Shown here: piece after piece, positions 46,808 through 55,965 of the stretch | Layout: the number at the start of each line of letters is the position of its first letter | Numbering within the stretch: position 1 is the stretch's first letter | Assembly: GCF_004323735.1 (NCBI RefSeq) | Contig: NZ_CP036455.1 | Span: 241,101-305,100, forward strand | DNA from: Streptomonospora litoralis | Lineage (GTDB): Bacteria > Actinomycetota > Actinomycetes > Streptosporangiales > Streptosporangiaceae | Direction: 5' to 3' | DNA: 64,000 nt | Notes under the pieces: generated by a model | Seen by the model: the letters and a program-made list of their open reading frames with translations, nothing else | The model's database searches: none | Told to the model about the DNA's origin: nothing | Made by a program: the position numbers and the translations under genes

Positions 46808-48658
46808 TCAGGCGTTGCCGTCCTTCTTGTTCTCCTCGTCGACGATCTCGGCGTCCACGACGTCGTTGTCGTCGTTCTGCGCCTGCTCGCCGGACGCGGC
46901 GTCCTCGGCGCCGGCGCCCTGCTCGCCCTGGCCGTAGATGGAGGAGCCGATCTTCTGGCTGGCCAGCGCAACCTTCTCGCTCGCCTGGCGGATCACCTCG
47001 ATGTCGGTGCCCTCCAGGGCCTGCTTCAGCTCGCCGACGGCGGACTCGGTCTCGGACTTGACGTCGGCCGGGATCTGCTCCTCGTTGTCCTTGATGACCT
47101 TCTCGGTCTGGTGGACCAGCGACTCCGCGTTGTTGCGGACCTCGGCCTCTTCGCGGCGCTTGCGGTCCTCCTCGGCGTACTGCTCGGCCTCGCGGACCAT
47201 CTTGTCGATCTCGTCCTGGCTCATGGCCGAGCCGCCGGAGATGGTGACCGACTGCTCCTTGCCCGTGCCCATGTCCTTGGCGGTCACGTTCACGATGCCG
47301 TTGGCGTCGATGTCGAAGGTCACCTCGACCTGGGGCACGCCGCGCGGCGCCGGCGGCAGACCGGTCAGGTCGAAGACGCCGAGCTTCTTGTTGTACTGCG
47401 CGATCTCGCGCTCGCCCTGGTAGACCTGGATCTGCACCGAGGGCTGGTTGTCGTCGGCGGTGGTGAAGATCTCCGAGCGCTTGGTCGGGATGGTCGTGTT
47501 CTTCTCGATCAGCTTGGTGAACACGCCGCCCTTGGTCTCGATACCCAGCGACAGCGGGGTGACGTCCAGCAGCAGGACGTCCTTCACCTCGCCCTTGAGC
47601 ACACCGCCCTGCAGCGCGGCGCCGATGGCCACGACCTCGTCGGGGTTGACACCCTTGTTGGGCTCCTTGCCGCCGGTCAGCTCCTTGACAAGTTCCACGA
47701 CCGCGGGCATGCGGGTGGAGCCGCCGACCATCACCACGTGGTCGATCTTGTCGACGCTGATGCCGGCGTCCTTGATGACCTGGTGGAAGGGCTGCTTGGT
47801 GCGGTCCAGCAGGTCGGAGGTCAGCCGCTGGAACTCCGCGCGGGTCAGCTTCTCGTCGAGGTGCAGCGGGCCCTCGGAGGAGGCGGTGATGTAAGGCAGG
47901 TTGATGGCCGACTCGCTGGAGCTGGACACCTCGATCTTGGCCTTCTCCGCCGCCTCGCGCAGGCGCTGCAGCGCCATCTTGTCCTTGGACAGGTCGACGC
48001 CGTTGTTGTTCTTGAAGCGCTCGACCATCCAGTCGACGATCGCCTGGTCCCAGTCGTCGCCGCCGAGGTGGTTGTCGCCGTTGGTGGCCTTCACCTCGAC
48101 AACGCCGTCGCCGACCTCCAGCAGGGAGACGTCGAAGGTGCCGCCACCGAGGTCGTAGACCAGGATGGTGGCCTCGTCCTCCTTCTCCAGGTGGTAGGCC
48201 AGCGCCGCGGAGGTGGGCTCGTTGATGATGCGCAGGACGTTCAGGCCCGCGATCGTGCCGGCTTCCTTGGTGGACTGGCGCTGGGCGTCGGAGAAGTAGG
48301 CCGGCACGGTGATGACGGCGTCGGTGACCTCTTCGCCCAGGTATGCCTCGGCGTCGCGCTTGAGCTTCTGCAGCACGAACGCGCTGATCTGCTGGGAGTT
48401 GAACTCCTTGTCGTCGATCTCGGTCTTCCAGTCGGTGCCGATGTGGCGCTTCACCGAGCGGATGGTCCGGTCGACGTTGGTTACCGCCTGGCGCTTGGCG
48501 ACCTCGCCCATCAGCACCTCGCCGTTCTTGGCGAAGGCAACGACGGACGGAGTGGTCCGGGCGCCTTCGGCGTTGGCGATGACCGTGGGCTCGCCGCCCT
48601 CCAGGACCGAGACGACCGAGTTCGTCGTCCCCAGGTCGATACCGACCGCACGTGCCAT
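46808..48658 (-). CDS. dnaK: Chaperone DnaK (Hsp70)
   Basis: [24 protein letters not shown]...[13 protein letters not shown].... Canonical Hsp70. Confidence 0.95.
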   Translation of the reverse strand: MARAVGIDLGTTNSVVSVLEGGEPTVIANAEGARTTPSVVAFAKNGEVLMGEVAKRQAVTNVDRTIRSVKRHIGTDWKTEIDDKEFNSQQISAFVLQKLKRDAEAYLGEEVTDAVITVPAYFSDAQRQSTKEAGTIAGLNVLRIINEPTSAALAYHLEKEDEATILVYDLGGGTFDVSLLEVGDGVVEVKATNGDNHLGGDDWDQAIVDWMVERFKNNNGVDLSKDKMALQRLREAAEKAKIEVSSSSESAINLPYITASSEGPLHLDEKLTRAEFQRLTSDLLDRTKQPFHQVIKDAGISVDKIDHVVMVGGSTRMPAVVELVKELTGGKEPNKGVNPDEVVAIGAALQGGVLKGEVKDVLLLDVTPLSLGIETKGGVFTKLIEKNTTIPTKRSEIFTTADDNQPSVQIQVYQGEREIAQYNKKLGVFDLTGLPPAPRGVPQVEVTFDIDANGIVNVTAKDMGTGKEQSVTISGGSAMSQDEIDKMVREAEQYAEEDRKRREEAEVRNNAESLVHQTEKVIKDNEEQIPADVKSETESAVGELKQALEGTDIEVIRQASEKVALASQKIGSSIYGQGEQGAGAEDAASGEQAQNDDNDVVDAEIVDEENKKDGNA

Positions 48659-48678
48659 GAGTACGTTCCTCCGTCAGA

Positions 48679-48751
48679 GTTGAGTCTTACAGGCACAAGT
48701 TTGCTTCGCGGCTCGTATGCTGTCAAATCACTTGAGTCGCCGCGGCTCAAT
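48679..48751. promoter_or_regulatory. Two HAIR-like HspR operators (CTTGAGT-N7-ACTCAAG-like) in the dnaK promoter region
   Basis: CTTGAGTcgccgcgGCTCAAt (48731-48751) and gTTGAGTcttacagGcaCAAG (48679-48699), both upstream of the minus-strand dnaK start at 48658. Confidence 0.6.
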
Positions 48752-49165
48752 GCCTTTCTCCGCCTCTACCAACGGCCGGACCACGGCGTTTGTTCCCGCC
48801 GCGGACGGCCGCTCCCGGTGTTTCCGGGGTCCTCCAGGGGGATCTCAGGGCTCGGTCAGGGCAAGGTCCGGCGGCGGCTCAGGGTGCGCACCGCGGTGCG
48901 GGTGCGCCGTGCGCGGGAGTGGGCGGGGCCGCGCGTGCGCCGGGTGCGCGGGACCGTGCAGTCGCCGGTGCGTGCGCGCGGGGGCGCGCCCGGGGGCAGG
49001 TGCGCACGCCCGGCGGGTGATGATGGTCGCGGGAGCGTGCCGCCGCCGGTCGGGGAGTGGACAAGGGCAGGTGGTCCCGCCGATTCGGGCGGCCGGCCCG
49101 TCTTCTAACGTGGGAGGCCGCGGCTTCGGCGGCGCCGTACCAGGGGCGGCGGACCCACCAGGCAT

Positions 49166-49186
49166 TACTGGCTAGTAACATTTGGT
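49166..49186. promoter_or_regulatory. Operator-like site sharing the TAGTAACAT core with the fadE-upstream site
   Basis: TTACTGGCTAGTAACATTTGG lies about 55 nt upstream of the Fe-S oxidoreductase start. Compare ACTACCGGGTAGTAACATGATG at 38206. Confidence 0.45.
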
Positions 49187-49242
49187 GGGCCTCCGATGTG
49201 TGGCGCATCGGGGAACGACAGCAGGATGGGAGGCCGCGGGCG

Positions 49243-51399
49243 ATGCTCTACATCGTTCTGGGGATCATCACGACCCTCTTCGCCGTGGTCGGGGTCGCCA
49301 TGTGGGCGTTCGGCATCCGCCGGATGGTGCAGACGATCCGTCTGGGCCAGCCGGCCGAGAGCGGGCGCACCGGTCCCTTCGGCAGGCGACTGACGACCAC
49401 GTTGATCGAGGTGCTCGGGCACAACCGGATGCTCAAGCGGCCGTGGGTGGGGGTGGCCCACTGGTTCGTGATGGTGTCCTTCCCGCTGCTGGTGTTTACC
49501 GTCGCCGAGGCGCACGGCGAGGTGTGGGACCCGCACTTCCACCTGCCGATCATCCACGACTGGACGGTCTACGGGCTGTTCATCGAGCTCATCGCCGGGC
49601 TCGGGCTGATCGCCATCCTGGGCCTGGCCGCCTACCGCCAGATCAAGGGCCCCCGCCGCCTCGGGCGCGACTCCCGCTTCGCCAACTCGGTGCACTGGAC
49701 GGCCTACTACGTCGAGGCCTACATCGTCGCGCTGCTGGTCGCCATCTTCGTGATCCGCGGCTTCAAGGTCGCCATGGGCGACTTCCCCTTCCCCGTGTGG
49801 GCCACGCCGATCTCGCACGCGCTGGGCGAGGTCCTGCCGCCCAGCGAGCCGGCTCTCGCCCTGGTCGCCGCCTTCAAGCTGATCATCTCCTGGATGTTCT
49901 TCATGGTCCTGGCCGTGGTGCTGACCATGGGCATCGGCTGGCACCGCTTCACCGCGCCGTTCAACATCTACTTCAAGCGCGACCCCGAGGGCGCTCCGGC
50001 GCTGGGCGCGGCCAAGCCGATGATGGACGCGACCGGCAAGAAGCCGCTGGACTTCGAGGAGGCCGACCCCGACGAGGACCCCTTCGGCGTCGGCAAGGTC
50101 GAGGACTTCACCTGGAAGGGCCTGCTCGACTTCACCACCTGCACCGAGTGCGGCCGCTGCCAGTCGCAGTGCCCGGCCTGGAACACCGGCAAGCCGCTCT
50201 CGCCGAAGAAGCTCGTCACCGACCTGCGCGACCACGCCTACGCCAAGGCGCCCTACCTGATGCAGGGAGTCACCGAGGAGACACCCGACATCCACGACGA
50301 CGTGCTCTCCCTGCTCGGCAAGCCCCTGGTGGGCACCGAGGAGGAGGGCGGCATCATCCACCCCGACGTCCTGTGGTCCTGCACCAACTGCGGCGCCTGC
50401 GTCGAGCAGTGCCCGGTCGACATCGAGCACATCGACCACATCATGGACATGCGCCGCTACCAGGTGATGATCGAGTCCAGCTTCCCCTCCGAGGCCAACA
50501 CCCTGCTGAAGAACCTGGAGAACAAGGGCAACCCGTGGGGCATGGCCGAGGACCGGCGCATGGACTGGATGGCCGAGTTGGACTTCGACGTCCCGGTGGT
50601 CGAGGACACCCTGCCCGAAGGCACCGAGTACCTGTTCTGGGTGGGCTGCGCCGGTGCGCTGGAGGACCGTGCGAAGAAGACCACCAAGGCCATCGCCGAG
50701 CTGCTGCACATGGCCGGGGTGAAGTTCGCGGTCCTGGGCGGCATGGAGGCGTGCACAGGCGACCCCGCGCGGCGGCTGGGCATGGAGTACGTGTTCCAGA
50801 TGCTCGCCCAGCAGAACGTCGAGACGCTCAACGAGGCCGGCGTCACCAAGATCGTGGCCAGCTGCCCGCACTGCTTCAACACCCTGGGCAACGAGTACCC
50901 GCAGCTGGGCGGCGAGTACGACGTCGTCCACCACAGCCAGCTGCTGGCCAAGCTGGTGGAGGAGGGCCGCCTCACCCCGGTCCAGCCGATCGAGGAGAAC
51001 ATCACCTACCACGACCCCTGCTTCCTGGGGCGGCACAACAAGGTCTACACGCCGCCGCGGGAGATCATGGCGCAGGTTCCCGGCATCACCACCAAGGAGA
51101 TGCACCGGCACAAGGAGCGCGGCTTCTGCTGCGGCGCGGGCGGCGCGCGCATGTGGATGGAGGAGCGCATCGGCAAGCGCATCAACACCGAGCGGGTCGA
51201 CGAGGCGCTGACCACCGACCCCGACACGGTCTCGACCGCCTGCCCGTTCTGCCAGGTGATGCTGGGCGACGCCATCAACGAGAAGAAGTCGCAGGGCGAG
51301 GCCAAGGAGTCGCTGGAGGTCGTGGACGTCTCCCAGCTGCTGCTGCGCTCGGTCAAGGCCGACGCCGCCCCGGCGCAGGAGCAGGCGGAGAAGGCTTAG
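49243..51399 (+). CDS. Membrane-anchored iron-sulfur-binding oxidoreductase (N-terminal TM helices, 2x[4Fe-4S] ferredoxin-type Cys clusters, C-terminal CCG cysteine-rich domains; HdrD/GlcF-like)
   Basis: 718 aa. CTECGRCQSQCP and CTNCGACVEQCP ferredoxin motifs. C-terminal ...SCPHCFNTL... and ...CCGAGGARMWME...CPFCQVML. GGGAGG RBS. Confidence 0.8.
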   Translation: MLYIVLGIITTLFAVVGVAMWAFGIRRMVQTIRLGQPAESGRTGPFGRRLTTTLIEVLGHNRMLKRPWVGVAHWFVMVSFPLLVFTVAEAHGEVWDPHFHLPIIHDWTVYGLFIELIAGLGLIAILGLAAYRQIKGPRRLGRDSRFANSVHWTAYYVEAYIVALLVAIFVIRGFKVAMGDFPFPVWATPISHALGEVLPPSEPALALVAAFKLIISWMFFMVLAVVLTMGIGWHRFTAPFNIYFKRDPEGAPALGAAKPMMDATGKKPLDFEEADPDEDPFGVGKVEDFTWKGLLDFTTCTECGRCQSQCPAWNTGKPLSPKKLVTDLRDHAYAKAPYLMQGVTEETPDIHDDVLSLLGKPLVGTEEEGGIIHPDVLWSCTNCGACVEQCPVDIEHIDHIMDMRRYQVMIESSFPSEANTLLKNLENKGNPWGMAEDRRMDWMAELDFDVPVVEDTLPEGTEYLFWVGCAGALEDRAKKTTKAIAELLHMAGVKFAVLGGMEACTGDPARRLGMEYVFQMLAQQNVETLNEAGVTKIVASCPHCFNTLGNEYPQLGGEYDVVHHSQLLAKLVEEGRLTPVQPIEENITYHDPCFLGRHNKVYTPPREIMAQVPGITTKEMHRHKERGFCCGAGGARMWMEERIGKRINTERVDEALTTDPDTVSTACPFCQVMLGDAINEKKSQGEAKESLEVVDVSQLLLRSVKADAAPAQEQAEKA

Positions 51400-51558
51400 C
51401 GGCCGGGAGCGGCGGAGGTTGTCCGCAGGCAGGCCGGGTTGCCGCCCTTCGGACGGCCTCCGCCGGTGCACCGGCGCCGCAGGGCCGCGCCCCGGGAAGA
51501 CCGCCTCTCGGGGTGCGGCCCTGCCGCGCCGGCCGGCCCGTACACGCGGGCCGCAGGC

Positions 51559-51762
51559 TCAGCCCGCGTGGTGCGGACGCGCGGCGCGGCCGCCCAGTCG
51601 GCGGCGCGCCTGCTCGGGCACGGGCGGGTGCACACCCAGGACGATGTCGATCTCCTCGTAGGTGAGCCGCCGGTCCGACCCGGCGACGGCGATGAGTAGT
51701 TCGGCGTAGAGCTCGATCTCCGCCATGGCCACGTGGTCGTGGAGGCGCACGTCGGGATCCAT
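51559..51762 (-). CDS. Small hypothetical protein (67 aa)
   Basis: MDPDVRLHDHVAMAEIELYAELLIAVAGSDRRLTYEEIDIVLGV.... Strong GGAGGTGGG RBS 6 nt upstream of the ATG at 51762. Confidence 0.45.
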   Translation of the reverse strand: MDPDVRLHDHVAMAEIELYAELLIAVAGSDRRLTYEEIDIVLGVHPPVPEQARRRLGGRAARPHHAG

Positions 51763-52018
51763 GCGCGCCCACCTCCATCGACAGCACCGCGGGGGCGCGA
51801 ACCGCCCAGGACTCGAGAACGCGGGAGGCGGCCTCACGTATCCCCGGGTCGGAAGCCGACCAACGTGGGATCCCGCCGGAGACATCCCGCACTCTTAAGG
51901 CTACGTCCGGGTAGCCCGCCGCCGCATGACCCAGACGGGTCATTCTCAGAACCACGTTCGAGTAGTCATCCGGCGGTATGCACGCAGGGTCACTGCGCGC
52001 CGACAGAACTAGGCCGTG

Positions 52019-52760
52019 GTTAAGAACGCCGGTCTGCCGGGAAGCGGGTCGCCTGGCGGGGAACGACGGGCACCGAGGACAGCGCCGGGTGGGGCCCTGC
52101 GGTTGCCGGGTCGGGTGCTCGCCGGTGGCGCGCCCGGCGGGGGCGGCGTTCGGCCGCCGTAAACTCGGCGCGGCTTGACCCGTCTATCGCGAACTTATGG
52201 TCGCAGGAAAGCGTATTCCGCGGCCATAAGTTCGCGATCATCGCCGGATGAACCGGCATAGGGGACCTACCGGCGCCGGTAGGTCGGCTGGGTACCGCCG
52301 TGTCCCCTGCCGGGACCGGTGCGGGGATGGCACCTCGGGGCGACACCGAAGCCGATGCCACCGCACGTACGTGCAACTCGTGGTCATGATCCGGCCGCAT
52401 GGCCCCCGCCAACTGCCCCGCCGCGCGCCGGCACCGGCGGGCACCCGACCCGGTAACCGCAGGCCCCTCCCACCGCCGCCCTCGCCGCTTCCCAGCGAGA
52501 CCACCCGCTACCCGGCAGACCATCAAGGCCACCCAGCGGCCCCGGGCCGCCCCGTCGGGTGCTCGACCGGCGGACATCCGGACCGGTGATCGCGGGTCCG
52601 GCCCCGCTGCCATCGTTGCCGCCGCCTTTCCGATAGACCACCCGCTACCCGGCAGACCATCAAGGCCGCACAGCAGACCGGAGCCGCCTCGCCGGCCGCC
52701 GACACCGGCGGGCACCCGGCCCGGCGAACGCGGGCCCGGCCATCCGCTGTTCCCGCTGCC
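52019..52760. repeat. Cluster of GC-rich interspersed repeats (motif A/B family): at least three full or partial units in both orientations
   Basis: Plus-strand partial unit at 52019-52135. Minus-strand units: motif A at 52499-52530 with motif B at 52432-52467, and motif A at 52636-52667 with motif B at 52701-52741. All are related to 23287-23420. Long ORFs across this block (for example 52020..52922) are low-complexity repeat artefacts. Confidence 0.7.
52186..52238. repeat. 19-bp-stem hairpin/palindrome with an AT-containing loop, embedded in the repeat block
   Basis: ATCGCGAACTTATGGtCGC aggaaagcgtattcc GCGgCCATAAGTTCGCGAT (one G-T mismatch). Confidence 0.6.
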
Positions 52761-53288
52761 GCGTTCCCTTCGAGTCCGCCCGGCACCCGGCAGGCCGACA
52801 AAGCCGACCACAAGGCCAACGGCAAGGCCCACGACAAAGCCGCCCAGCCGATTGGAGCGCCCCTCCCCACGCACCGCCACCGGCGGTTCCCGTTCCCCCC
52901 GACCAGCGGGCCCGGCCGCCACCGGCCCCCGGTGCCCGCTGCTCCCCGTCGATCAGCCCGCCGCCCCACCAGGGCAAGTCCGCGTAGCGGATTCGAGCCG
53001 CACGGCCCGGCCGCCCATGGGAGCCGGATCGATCCAGCACTTCTTAACACGGCTCGGTGCTCCGGTCCGCCGGTACATTTCCGTCGCGTGGCCGCGGCGC
53101 CCGCCCCACGTCCGAAACTGGGTCCGCCGGGTGTTCCAGTGGTCAGACCGGACAGGGCGTGCGAACATCGGGGCGTGCACTATCACGGGTACTTCTGGCG
53201 CGGATCCGACGCAGACCGCTCGCGCAGGGCACGTGACGCCCATCCCGACGGACCCCATTTCACCTCCGCCGATGTGCCCCCCGTCAAG

Positions 53289-53594
53289 ATGTGCTGGTGG
53301 TTGCGCAAACCCGCGGACATGATCGCGGGCACCTGGGGCGACGCCGACGGCGCTGCCGCGTGGATGGTTTCGCAGTACGAGAAGGTGCGTTCCGAGATCG
53401 ACGGACCGGACGCATTCTGGTCACCCGCCGGCGACCGCTACACGGCCGCGCTGCGCGATATGGCCGACGGCCGCGACCTCACCTGGCAGTACCAGCTCGG
53501 CGGCGACGAACGCGCGTTCGTCGCCGTGATCGCCTGCTCACCCAACACCTGGGACGCCGAAGCCCCCTGCCCGCTGGAGCGCGAGGAACGCTAG
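53289..53594 (+). CDS. Possible small hypothetical protein (about 100 aa). The start is uncertain
   Basis: ...MIAGTWGDADGAAAWMVSQYEKVRSEIDGPDAFWSPAGDRYTAALRDMADGRDLTWQYQLGGDERAFVAVIACSPNTWDAEAPCPLEREER is protein-like. There is no convincing RBS. The upstream part of ORF 52932..53594 is repeat-derived. Confidence 0.3.
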   Translation: MCWWLRKPADMIAGTWGDADGAAAWMVSQYEKVRSEIDGPDAFWSPAGDRYTAALRDMADGRDLTWQYQLGGDERAFVAVIACSPNTWDAEAPCPLEREER

Positions 53595-53691
53595 CCCCGC
53601 GGCGGATCGGCCGCCGGATCGGCTGGGGAGCACCGGGCCTCCGACGCGGGGAAACGCGTCGCCTGCAGCCGATCCGATCGGACGCCCGGTC

Positions 53692-54999
53692 CTAGCATCC
53701 GGCGGAGCCCTTCCGACTCCCTCCGCCGGTGGAGTACTCGCGGTCCACCGAGCGCTGCAAGAGGTCGCAGGTGTGCTGGAACTCCTCCTGCAGCCTCGCG
53801 GCCTCGACGAGCAGAGTGCCGTACGGGCTCGACCGGTCCGTGACGAGGAACTCGATGTCCTCGGCGCCGTCGCTGAGCCGCTGGGCGTAGTTCCGGGCCT
53901 GCTCCGCCAGCGAGCACAGGTGCCTGGCCTGCTCCACGAGGCGGCTCTCGTCGATCGCGCTGAGCTCTTCGGTGATCTCGGCGAGCGCCGCGAGAAGGTC
54001 GGCGTAGTGCCCGAGGAACTCCGTGCGCCGGGGGCCTTCACCGGTCTCCGATACCGACATGTCGAGGGTGCGGGTGACCGAAGCCAGCTGGTAGGAGACG
54101 CGTTCGAGGGCGTCGACCACACCCGCGTAGCCGGTGAACGTGTGCCGCCGGTACTGCCGGCTCAGCAGCTTGCGCGGGTTGTAGTAGACGCTCTCCTCAG
54201 CCGTGCGCACCGCGCTTCGGGCTTGGGCGACCGTGCCCTCCATCCGGTTGGCGCGCCGCCGCCACTGCCGCGTGCGGTCCTCGTCCAGTTCCCCTTCCCG
54301 CAGGGCCGGGTGGATGTCCGTGAGCAGGTCGCACACCGACTGCGCGAGGGAGCGGACGCCGTACTCGGCGCTGCGGAACCGCATCGGGGGCACCACCAGC
54401 AGGTTGACCAGCACGCCGACGGTGCAGCCGATGGCGACCAGCGCGATGATCCACCCGAGCTGCGCGGCGCGTTCCATGGTGCTGGTCGCCGTGATGTAGA
54501 GGGCGAAGGCGAAGAACGCCGCCGTGACCACCTGCGAGCCCTGCGACCCCAGGCGCGGCCAGCGCCCGATGACCAGCGCGATCACCGCGACGAGGACGAA
54601 GGTCACCAGGTTCGGGCCGGCGACGAAGCCCACGATGCCCTGGACGGCGACCCCGGCGCCGACGGCGCCGAGGTAGCGGAGCGCCTGGGAGAACGACTGG
54701 TAGACGGTGACCTGGATCATCAGCACCGCGGAGAACGGCGCGAAGGCCGGGGCCTGTGCGCTCAGCACGGAATAGGAGATGACCCAGGCGATCGTGGCGG
54801 CGAGCGTGCTCTTGCCGATCATCAGCAGCGTGTGCCGCTCGTGCCCGTCCGATCCCGCGCGCCGGAACCACTGGCCGATACGCGATCCGAGGTTCAGGGA
54901 GGGTGGTTGCCTCCCCGACCGCGCCGAGGGCCGCTGCCGGGCGTCCGCTGCGTCCTCGCTTCCCATATCCGTGCTGTTAACCGGATCGAAGCGAGGCAT
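53692..54999 (-). CDS. FUSC/ArAE (aromatic acid exporter)-family membrane protein
   Basis: N-terminal half has 5-6 TM helices (...IAWVISYSVLSAQAPAFAPFSAVLMIQVTVYQS...). C-terminal half is a cytoplasmic helical region. The start was set at MPRFDPVN. Confidence 0.65.
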   Translation of the reverse strand: MPRFDPVNSTDMGSEDAADARQRPSARSGRQPPSLNLGSRIGQWFRRAGSDGHERHTLLMIGKSTLAATIAWVISYSVLSAQAPAFAPFSAVLMIQVTVYQSFSQALRYLGAVGAGVAVQGIVGFVAGPNLVTFVLVAVIALVIGRWPRLGSQGSQVVTAAFFAFALYITATSTMERAAQLGWIIALVAIGCTVGVLVNLLVVPPMRFRSAEYGVRSLAQSVCDLLTDIHPALREGELDEDRTRQWRRRANRMEGTVAQARSAVRTAEESVYYNPRKLLSRQYRRHTFTGYAGVVDALERVSYQLASVTRTLDMSVSETGEGPRRTEFLGHYADLLAALAEITEELSAIDESRLVEQARHLCSLAEQARNYAQRLSDGAEDIEFLVTDRSSPYGTLLVEAARLQEEFQHTCDLLQRSVDREYSTGGGSRKGSAGC

Positions 55000-55053
55000 G
55001 TGCTGCACATTCGGTGATTTTTCCGACGCACGGTGTCGCAACCCCGGCGGTGC

Positions 55054-55608
55054 TCAGGTACGGCGCTCGGTGGTGCCGATCCAGGTGACCTCGCGATGGC
55101 GCGCGGCGTAGCGGGCGTACTTCTCCGGTGTCTCGGCGAACCCCGCCTTGTCGTCGTCGGTCAACTCACGCACGACCTTGCCCGGCAGCCCCGCCCACAG
55201 GGTGCCCTCCGGGACCTCCTTGCCCGGCGGTACCAGGGCCCCGGCGGCCACTAGGGCTCCCGCTCCCACGCGGGCGCCGCCCAGCACGATCGCGCCGATA
55301 CCGATCAGGGCCCCCTCGCCGATCTCCGCGCCGTGCACCATGGCCTTGTGCCCCAGGCTCACCCGGTCGGCCAGCACGGCGGGCTCGCCCGGGTCGGAGT
55401 GCAGCCCGCACTGGTCCTGGATGTTGCAGGTCTGCCCGATGACGATGTCCTCGGTGTCGGCGCGCAGCACCGAGCCGTACCAGATGCTGCTGGTGGCCCC
55501 GATGCGCACTCGGCCCACGACCACGGCGCCGGGAGCGACCCAGGCGTCCGGGTGGATGTCGGGCTCTCCGAACGGGGCGTCCCCGACGAGCGGAGCGGAC
55601 ACGGGCAC
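55054..55608 (-). CDS. Gamma-class carbonic anhydrase / hexapeptide-repeat (LbH) protein
   Basis: ...AWVAPGAVVVGRVRIGATSSIWYGSVLRADTEDIVIGQTCNIQDQCGLHSD...MVHGAEIGEGALIGIGAIVLGGARVGAGALVAAGALV. Confidence 0.85.
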   Translation of the reverse strand: MPVSAPLVGDAPFGEPDIHPDAWVAPGAVVVGRVRIGATSSIWYGSVLRADTEDIVIGQTCNIQDQCGLHSDPGEPAVLADRVSLGHKAMVHGAEIGEGALIGIGAIVLGGARVGAGALVAAGALVPPGKEVPEGTLWAGLPGKVVRELTDDDKAGFAETPEKYARYAARHREVTWIGTTERRT

Positions 55609-55965
55609 CTCCTTGCGGCCATAACGAGCGGCGATCCGTACCGGAAATGCCGCACACCGGCCCCGAGTCGCCGTGAACGGGCATACCTTAGTAGTGCGGT
55701 GAGCACTGCGGCAGGGCGGCGCGCCGCCTACGGGCGATCCGTCCAGGCTATTGAGCGGGAGGTGTAGCGGCCATTACCGTAGTCGCCTCCCCCGGTGTTC
55801 ACTACATCACACTTCGCACGCGATTCGGGATCTCTGTTGCGGTTTCCCATCACACCGCCAAGCTTGGGGAATGAATGTCATTGACGTGTATTCCGGGTGT
55901 TATGGGAATGATAGGCAGGGAGTCCGGCCACCATCCCATTGGCAGCCAACCTGGTTGATTAGGAC

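Noticed and set aside
52020-52922. 300-aa and other ORFs spanning the repeat block (52020..52922, 52384..52641, 52523..53050, 23283..23573 with a CPICRDGDD motif)
   Set aside because: They are generated by the interspersed repeats. Copies share peptide strings only because the DNA is about 88% identical, and the translations are low-complexity. They are treated as non-coding.
52960-53010. tRNA-like T-arm (gcggATTCGAGccgc) that suggested a tRNA or tRNA-derived att site
   Set aside because: No D-arm, anticodon arm or acceptor stem could be found around it. It is most likely a chance GC hairpin, though it could be a degraded att remnant.
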